64,000 nt of DNA from Andalucia godoyi And28. Its lineage: Eukaryota; Protista; Jakobida. The stretch covers positions 264,131-328,130 of the forward strand of contig VRVR01000025.1 of NCBI GenBank assembly GCA_009859145.1, in the 5' to 3' direction. Positions 59,001 to 64,000 of the stretch are shown here, in pieces. The notes beneath the pieces were generated by a model, which worked only from the letters and a program-made list of their open reading frames with translations, made no database searches and was not told where the DNA came from. Each line of letters opens with the position of its first letter. Position 1 is the first letter of the stretch. Both the position numbers and the translations under genes were made by a program.

Positions 59001-61752
59001 CCTACTCTTTCGTTCTTGTTCAATCGATGCGAATATCACCAGAAACGTGCAACTTTCTGGTCCGTCCTCTCTTGGGTTATGGCTGATGCAGCGAATGTGT
59101 TTTGCAGGATCCGATTCTGAGAATCGTCGTTCCCTACGGGATATCATTTGCATCCGTTCTCGTCGACGCGCAAACTTTTCTCCATTAACACTGCGTTTTT
59201 TGCCAACGTTGCCCTTCGATGTTCCTGAGAAATGTGAGACATTGTTGTCAACTATGGGCATACGTGCGGAGATTTGCGTTAACGATGTCAAATTATTGTT
59301 AGTCACATTTGCTGACGTATCTGCAAGTTTGAACACTCGTCAAATTTCCAACCTCTTCGCATTTTACAAGGATATCAGCCGAGCATTGTCGGCGTGTTCT
59401 CCGAGCAACGCGGACGAGTTGTTGGAAAGAAATCAAATTTCTCGGTCGTTCATTTATGTACCTCGTACATCCTATTCGAATGTAGAGGTTGACAAGGATA
59501 TCAATCCTTTAATTATGGGTTCGTTTTTGCCTCGGGATGTTCTGTGTATTTCGGACCCTTCTGGAATTCTTGACATGTCGATCTGCACGGACTATCGAGA
59601 GTCTCCAATCTCCTTGGCGCTAGAAACTATATGCCAGAGGATTATTAACGCATGTCAATTTCGCTGCCTGGCATCTGTTTACTCATCGACCAGCGAATTC
59701 TTTCCGTGGATGCAAAAGACGGACTTCCTCGACCTTAATCGAGTGTTTCTTGTATTCGGCGTACAGCTGGAAGCGCCAGTTGCAACATATCGCAGTATGC
59801 TAGCGACGCTTTCCACGATGGAATACTCGGAAGAATTACGTCTTGTTTATGACAGATTGTTGAAGTGTTTATTTGGCAAGAAGCCATTTTTGGATTTTGC
59901 TTCGACTACACCGCCCGTCCGCCAACTGAATGAAGAAGATCATGGCGATCATTTGCCTTGTTTGGAACCTCTGAAACTTTTATCTGCTGATAAGGTTTGG
60001 CGTCCTGCGTCGGACATGAAGTTTTTTTGGATGCAGGAAGGCGAACCCTTGGCGCCATTCAGTCAGGCACCGCTGCCTCCATACCTCAAAGAAATTGTCG
60101 CTCTATTTCCAGCGGACCTTGATAGATCTGTTGCAGATAGCGCGAGCGTGGTATTACAACTTTCCGACATTGATTCACGGATGTTTGTGTCACTTGTCTC
60201 TCAGAGAGTCCGCGCCGAGTATGAGCTTCTATTACCAGAATCACCGTCCTTGAACGAGATTGCAGTCTCTTTGTCTCAGAACCTCCATGGCATGGGAAAC
60301 TTGCGCGAAAGCTCATTATCTCAATTCCGGAACGTCATCCATCACGCCCGTGTTGTTACGACCCTTTCACTTGGCACATCGATCCGCGCTTATCCACTTG
60401 ATGGGTTCTCCCAGGGCTCAAACAACATATATGGAGACGGATCTTACATGGTGACTACTCTTGCTTCGATTCCGTATGGATTCACTGTGGACGAGAATGG
60501 ACTGATTACTGTTTTTCTGTTGCTCCCTGATCCACCGGTTGTAAAGACCGACGATGCAGGAGCACCAATGCAACATCATGATCGAAAGCTGCAGATTCGT
60601 CTTGTGGAAAAGTTGATATGGCGTATCTTGTCAAACCCTGTCCACCGATTAGGCTTTCTGCAACGGTTCGTGCGAGTCGTGCTCGGTCTGCGTCGCACAC
60701 GTGACAAGCACGTCGACGATCACCGAAATCTACTCCAGAGCGTTCTTCTTACTGCCGAAAGGGTGAGCGAGATTTGTGATGCTCTGAATATTGGCCTTGC
60801 TTCGTCGTATGACGAGTTTCTCCAGCAGGCCGATACTGATTTGCGCACTCAGCTGGAGTCTGCGATGCAGGAGGACGATGTCAGGAAACAAGAGGTTGTC
60901 ACTGGTCACCAACAGTGTTCATTGACCGTCAATGACCAAGTCGTGCTTTCCGCACTCTCCGAGAGCGCTTCGAGTGCCTTCAAACAAAGACAATCAGTTT
61001 CGTCTCGAAATCCAGAAAACATGAGCACCACCTCTACGTTGCAATCCCCATCACCGTCGACAGCCACGGCCCCTGTACGTTCTGAAATTCGCAAGGATTC
61101 TACGTTGCAGAGTGGCCTGTCCGATGTCCATATACCGTTTGTTCGCAGGAACTCTGACCATGACAAACCAACAATGTTGTCAACTCAGGGAGGTCCTAAC
61201 GCAGACCCGAGTGGACAGTTCACTAAAATGGAAAGAACAAATTTGAATGCAGGAGATCTACACTCTCCTGTGAAGATGGATGTTATTTTGATTGACGGCT
61301 TTGATGCAGAAGGTGTCTTTGTGGATGATTTTGATGCATCAACGCAGAGTTTCAAGGAACTTGGGATTCTTGGCGAATCCATTGGTCACCGTGCATTGTC
61401 GGCCTATCTTGGTCCGTCTTGGACTGTCTGTTGGTTAAATTCTGAATGCGAAAAGGGATTGCCATATGACCTGGTTGCCCACTGTTCGAACAATGAGCAG
61501 GGGCAAGAGCATCGAGTGTTGCACGTCGAAGTCAAGACAAGTGGATCGGACCGTCACTCTCACAGTGCATTCTTCAGCATGCAGGAAATCCAATACGCTC
61601 TGCAGAATCCTCACTCATATGGTGTTCTGTGGGTTCGGTTTGTTGGCGGACACGGACGACCTCAGGTTCGGTTTTACGAGCGATTCTGTGATTATCTTCA
61701 ATGCAAAGCAGTCAAACTGTTTTGCGTCTTTCCTTCTGCAGCGATTGACTGA
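53029..61752 (+). CDS. NOV: NO VEIN-like protein: NOV N-terminal region, sacsin-like GHKL ATPase, C-terminal DUF3883 (NOV_C) PD-(D/E)xK nuclease domain
   Basis: LSAGLYSKQVHFVLELIQNADDN, NEIGFSKENVKAICNVGESSK and IGQKGIGFKSVF mark the GHKL domain. FRFIVQADWVIPSSRE follows. The C-terminus has GILGE...WLNSECEKGLPYDL...VEVKTS...FSMQEIQYA. First ATG is at 53029. Confidence 0.85.
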   Translation: MDKPRRMDNTSSSSSSSSAIPSNPSSSGDVRARRERPIFPSRDSAVRDSDLHRPNSSSSVRVPLDTAVNNAPAFIPTSGSGTEDDMIKACRAVVSRGAFVTIQDLRSELAKLGWKIGSKNLHRPMFEKLLCLEKWLQKIDESIPCIFLGSHFLTLYDMEIAIRSLPEFKSGKINPFDLFGSLVHHPQIKAMISKGDVILDPIWQREGWYPPVHGYETIENILSKFFEACRRKRSETRDLNAKLDDAEIVSVCTDGLDEFAASHLPSYPGMKERLSRSGEPFFSHKHVGGITRYRRWPIVTIGIMRTGRDIWKKDLLEIQSLLSSRRQEYQSLTSAAQDMLRNLSRTVQLGESPVEMMGITRKFVSNLLAKHLKTVTESSHRPKKHNSDTRHAINRILESETFATCISSVLMPLILVAGKNWLSATASAGKDSTDAISEFCVLAVVLPEDLFPKLDSLFKRFRVRIDKLRNLDESRQESGNRTLCLRMILFEFLEALQEAYIKLSNGSRFPSIWAFLQEGIGRDVFIENVFEIFRSCLSLQDNLRTKTADAPFTDGSPFIEDDDRAGLGSVVQDEILVDTLRYQFSVLTNNPPDFNLFPSSGTSLHRLFSILADIEVDVSSRFSKTASSFSQLCNLSFVKFLVDHFAELSPDLDSFASEVVHVPLSSVFQRTDCLSIGEQRQSYILVRFLASIGRDKAFVTAHKDAIKRRLFGERCYLDDAAQRTLFAAVNNIFSNSSLCGANESFSQDSIFIVDAPILLECALESSSNSNCICEIADDARFASQVIKVAGDLQRFSDLICELASVPSCADLSLVMDWDRLFQPRFGSLMDALLEVALAVAQDACLGSAVQRRLLSSHMFLHFSDSSFVKIPKNRTMEQFQSCVEHSLFKEAIECAIALTFSLAKSGSTFEIARALVTSTASEFLSKIDVVNASRFVADLILICPSQLIMSVGYEIFCCALFSAHPHGADELADLASRSTLHAVALQSVYRRTGHVVSAMDRLDEVSSHTSVSQMQLTILPGPQGIVHDLSPQLHVPSLSLIDDPFHSSTHEIPQQDARLSQCLVGDEVDSLPSARQVLDDIRYGLGVGLARDSNSPLSNLQSMMTRALDRLSAGLYSKQVHFVLELIQNADDNQYEPLVAPRICFHLCASELLVECNEIGFSKENVKAICNVGESSKLRQRDKFDSSSDRKIRRIGFIGQKGIGFKSVFKVTSTPIIHSRNFHFMFDSKDRSMGYIVPIPVDPPTDWQSEIGLTRMCLPFSAETDFTQIRTGLDEMDAPLLLFLANLTEISIRIDNRNGHSYYRQMRIDRSRLDDSDIMAVSQKKTTVDLNSRNCVASDLTETIWLVKSIVSTCPVRRSLDDDGCDRVSSDTEISIAFPIMGSCTMASKSHISTSSEDQSNRRQYPVFAFLPLRHYGFRFIVQADWVIPSSREALDSSSPWNCWIRTQLPALVARSVANRVSHVFESFRSISDCSPCFDDLVEEAISDERSHPNSKKSGGSRGIDHPSSQFDKEVQHWSTMESIVDMRKQDSYHSMCEILCLLPLQGELIEFFQGMELQVFAECAGFRIIPCIQEDGQISLELPSKCLLLPQDDNVSSFLKKCLPTLHQHGLYLVDSDFMLPENYARALGVHSLDVATFSMLLTDACQDCASVKNFNIPHVIDIIAAMSQTKTSHDVFRDKLSKIRFLPLASGRFSSFSEIRDCFLWDERVIQRIANSEHQQTLLTILPILDSEFSTHCLANKQVSEFLMKLFSVGTIGDHSSFVWVQSHLLLNPTWACDAIPTTVLESLYRLVDYHIHDANLCRRCSRDGGRLFIKNLISTGCWLPCETTVGEGNEVDGVYHVTRENVWWISAPHQVSARGCKVIRRRKCEFAIPLGFSWTVVSPEVQTLGFSVELPIVEMFVVQERQTPLVVYMQSLKDCFPATMRSNHIIELLQQSERLLKDHPNSVVNDVFSPEFLHVVSFACTSIENGQSLMQRLLTDEASWPQDLLLFRSCSIDANITRNVQLSGPSSLGLWLMQRMCFAGSDSENRRSLRDIICIRSRRRANFSPLTLRFLPTLPFDVPEKCETLLSTMGIRAEICVNDVKLLLVTFADVSASLNTRQISNLFAFYKDISRALSACSPSNADELLERNQISRSFIYVPRTSYSNVEVDKDINPLIMGSFLPRDVLCISDPSGILDMSICTDYRESPISLALETICQRIINACQFRCLASVYSSTSEFFPWMQKTDFLDLNRVFLVFGVQLEAPVATYRSMLATLSTMEYSEELRLVYDRLLKCLFGKKPFLDFASTTPPVRQLNEEDHGDHLPCLEPLKLLSADKVWRPASDMKFFWMQEGEPLAPFSQAPLPPYLKEIVALFPADLDRSVADSASVVLQLSDIDSRMFVSLVSQRVRAEYELLLPESPSLNEIAVSLSQNLHGMGNLRESSLSQFRNVIHHARVVTTLSLGTSIRAYPLDGFSQGSNNIYGDGSYMVTTLASIPYGFTVDENGLITVFLLLPDPPVVKTDDAGAPMQHHDRKLQIRLVEKLIWRILSNPVHRLGFLQRFVRVVLGLRRTRDKHVDDHRNLLQSVLLTAERVSEICDALNIGLASSYDEFLQQADTDLRTQLESAMQEDDVRKQEVVTGHQQCSLTVNDQVVLSALSESASSAFKQRQSVSSRNPENMSTTSTLQSPSPSTATAPVRSEIRKDSTLQSGLSDVHIPFVRRNSDHDKPTMLSTQGGPNADPSGQFTKMERTNLNAGDLHSPVKMDVILIDGFDAEGVFVDDFDASTQSFKELGILGESIGHRALSAYLGPSWTVCWLNSECEKGLPYDLVAHCSNNEQGQEHRVLHVEVKTSGSDRHSHSAFFSMQEIQYALQNPHSYGVLWVRFVGGHGRPQVRFYERFCDYLQCKAVKLFCVFPSAAID

Positions 61753-63150
61753 AGAAGCTGTGTTAAAGGCGAATGCCCAGATGAATAAGCATGCCCCTGA
61801 CATTCTTGCTTTGACCTGATTTTGCTTGCCAGATGTAACAAGCTTGCTTGTTTTGTTGCAAAATTGGATTCGTCCACGACAGAAAGCCCCCTGTAAAAGT
61901 TTTTTTGAATCTTGGAAATCCTTTGCCCAAATGCCATTTATCGTGCGTCTGGATGTCTGAGTTCTCCGAAATTTACATGTGAAATTGCAATCTTGCGTCA
62001 GACAAGCTTTATAAGCATACATCTTGATCTGCAATGATTGAGTGGATTCTGCTAGATTCATCTCGTCGGTTAAACATTTTGGTTTTCACAATGCGGTTCA
62101 GTCCGTTCTGCCAGTCGGATGGAGTAGCATGAGTGATCGTGGATCACAAGCAGGAAGCCAAGACCTGCTCCAAATGCCGGTCATTAAGAGTCGACTGATT
62201 AAGGAACGTGGGCAACACCTTGAAGAAAATTGTCAATAAACAAGCAGGAAACAGAGGTGTTGCTACAAGGTACAGGTTCGGTTCCATTCGCACTCTCACC
62301 AAAAGTTCTACATCCGGTGACATTCCCAGTTCTAAGTTTAGTCACACCACGTTTGATCCAGAAGCTCATTCCTGGATTTGACAGACACTTGAAGTGCATT
62401 GAGAAGTGTTTCTTCAGATTTCCGGCGTTCTCCATAACTTTTCGAACGTTCGGCAACGAATGCCAGCGTAAGTTTTGTTGTGTTGAATCGCTTTTGGCAA
62501 CTGGAGTTGCCAAGGTCGTTTTTTTGGTTAACCTTTACTTGCAAGGAATCCATTAAACAGGAGCCTTTTTGAGGTCTTTGTGTCGAACGGTGTTGGATTT
62601 TGGTGCTCACATCGCCGATAAAGCTAAGAGCCAACCATTTATTTGTTCGGAGCATAAGCGGTTTCGACAATATGGAAACCCAGGCTTCAATTTCAACGTT
62701 CACTGTGAAAAGCAATGGTCGACTCGGATGTGAATGCTTTGCGAACGGAACCAAGGCCGATTTCAAAGCCCACAAAACGATCTGTTATGCATGAAAAACA
62801 AATACGGAAAATGGTCCACATCACTTTTTCTGAGATAATGCTGGGGACTGGTAGAGTCGGGAACGGTGAGCAATCTGGCAAAAGAAATTCTCTTGGGGAC
62901 GACGCCGTTCAAGAGATATACGTAAAATATTAATTACCCAATTCCCGACTACAGTCGCTTTTCATCAGTATATTTTTCAACAGTGAATCTGTCCTCGCCG
63001 CTGCATCCAGTGATGGAATGTGGCACTGGGGACACTAAACACGCTCGCAGAGAAGAGACAGGGAGGGTGTCACCTGTTGCATTCCGTTGAGTCATGCAGA
63101 GTATACAGAACAGTGTATCCAGATTGGATTCTTTATAGTACCACGCGTGT

Positions 63151-64000
63151 TCATCGGGGGGCGCGTATGGCGAGGTACAGCGCACACAGCTCCCGCTCCG
63201 TCTTGAGCTGGAGAGGCGCAGTGATGTACGGCCTGTGCCCATCGGTGAAGCAGCTGCCACGAAACAGCTGGCTTGCCCGCAGAGCGGCGTTCGACACTTT
63301 CTTGCGCGTCTTTGCGTTGGGCACCTCCCCCGTTCGGCGGATTGCAGACACGAATGCGACGAACTCGCTGGTCGCAGTAGCACCCAGACACTGGTTCTCT
63401 GCAATGCGGTCCACGAGGTCGGCGAACTCCTCCGTGATGAGCGGCTGCACAGACGGCTGCTCTTCCCCACCGACGAGCAGACACGTGCGGAGGAGCTGAG
63501 CGCGCTTCCGCGGCACCCATCGCAGCAGTGGAACGTGTGTTTCTCCGCGCAGCCGCTCCTGCACCGCGGTGAGGAAGCACTGCTGGAATGCAGGTGTGCG
63601 CTGGAGGACGCTGCGCAGAACGATCCACTGGAGATAGTGCTCGTTGCGCGGCAGCATCTTCCATCCTCCAACGTCAGCCGGAAAGAGGTTGCAGACGAGC
63701 TCGATGTCGGACAGGCGCACGGCAGACCGCGGCCGCATGTGCAGATGCTGTGCGAGCTCTGTGAAGGAGCCGGCGTCTCCAGACAGGTCGCGCAGCAGCG
63801 CAGCCAGGTATCCCGCCACCCACCGTGCCACAAACGTCCTGAACGGCGTCGTGCCCATGGCTGCGAGCTCCTTCTCCATCGCATAGAGAGCCGCGAACAC
63901 CGGCGAGGCGTGCACTACTTTTAGTGCCGTTGGGAGCTGCTCGTGAGTGGACTCGACATCGACGCGCCGACAAAGCGCGAGCGGGAACATGCCCCGCGTA
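63151..64000 (-). CDS. C-terminal part of an uncharacterised GC-rich gene entering from beyond the right edge
   Basis: The frame is open to position 64000; the product is helical and Leu/Ala/Arg-rich. No family recognised. Confidence 0.65.
   Translation of the reverse strand, partial: TRGMFPLALCRRVDVESTHEQLPTALKVVHASPVFAALYAMEKELAAMGTTPFRTFVARWVAGYLAALLRDLSGDAGSFTELAQHLHMRPRSAVRLSDIELVCNLFPADVGGWKMLPRNEHYLQWIVLRSVLQRTPAFQQCFLTAVQERLRGETHVPLLRWVPRKRAQLLRTCLLVGGEEQPSVQPLITEEFADLVDRIAENQCLGATATSEFVAFVSAIRRTGEVPNAKTRKKVSNAALRASQLFRGSCFTDGHRPYITAPLQLKTERELCALYLAIRAPR

Noticed and set aside
62949-63973. Long alternative-frame and antisense ORFs (311, 229, 190 aa; likewise 35714-36631 and those inside AIR9)
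   Set aside because: These are shadow ORFs expected from stop-poor GC-rich coding sequence, with R/S/A-biased composition.

Overview
Compact, gene-dense DNA from a eukaryotic microbe using the standard genetic code, with genes on both strands and AT-rich spacers. No intron is needed to read any recognisable host gene. An intron-poor protist, possibly Discoba/'excavate', is suggested by AIR9, NO VEIN-like, MIOX and CudA-like genes; this is inference only. The region 1-39.8 kb is mostly host genes: PIGN (runs off the left edge), MIOX, two paralogous putative Ig-fold transcription factors, a soluble-adenylyl-cyclase-like STAND pseudoenzyme, AIR9, RIO2, MCEE, a divergent Amt-like protein with a glycosylated ectodomain, CCDC86/Cgr1, a head-to-head ABCG pair, and several orphans. 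It also holds a frameshifted pogo (DD35D) transposase and two diverged copies of a structured non-coding element. The region 39.9-52.4 kb is a mobile-DNA island: a decayed CACTA/EnSpm transposase, a truncated RPS26 copy, a hAT transposase joined to a pogo 5' fragment, an intact P-loop NTPase + PD-(D/E)xK nuclease (Crinkler/RHS-type effector architecture), and a Tc1/IS630 element with 42-bp perfect inverted repeats. It is followed by a 2,900-aa NO VEIN-like GHKL-ATPase/DUF3883 nuclease gene. I saw no tRNA, rRNA or CRISPR array. All family calls come from motifs recognised by eye; no database search was run.
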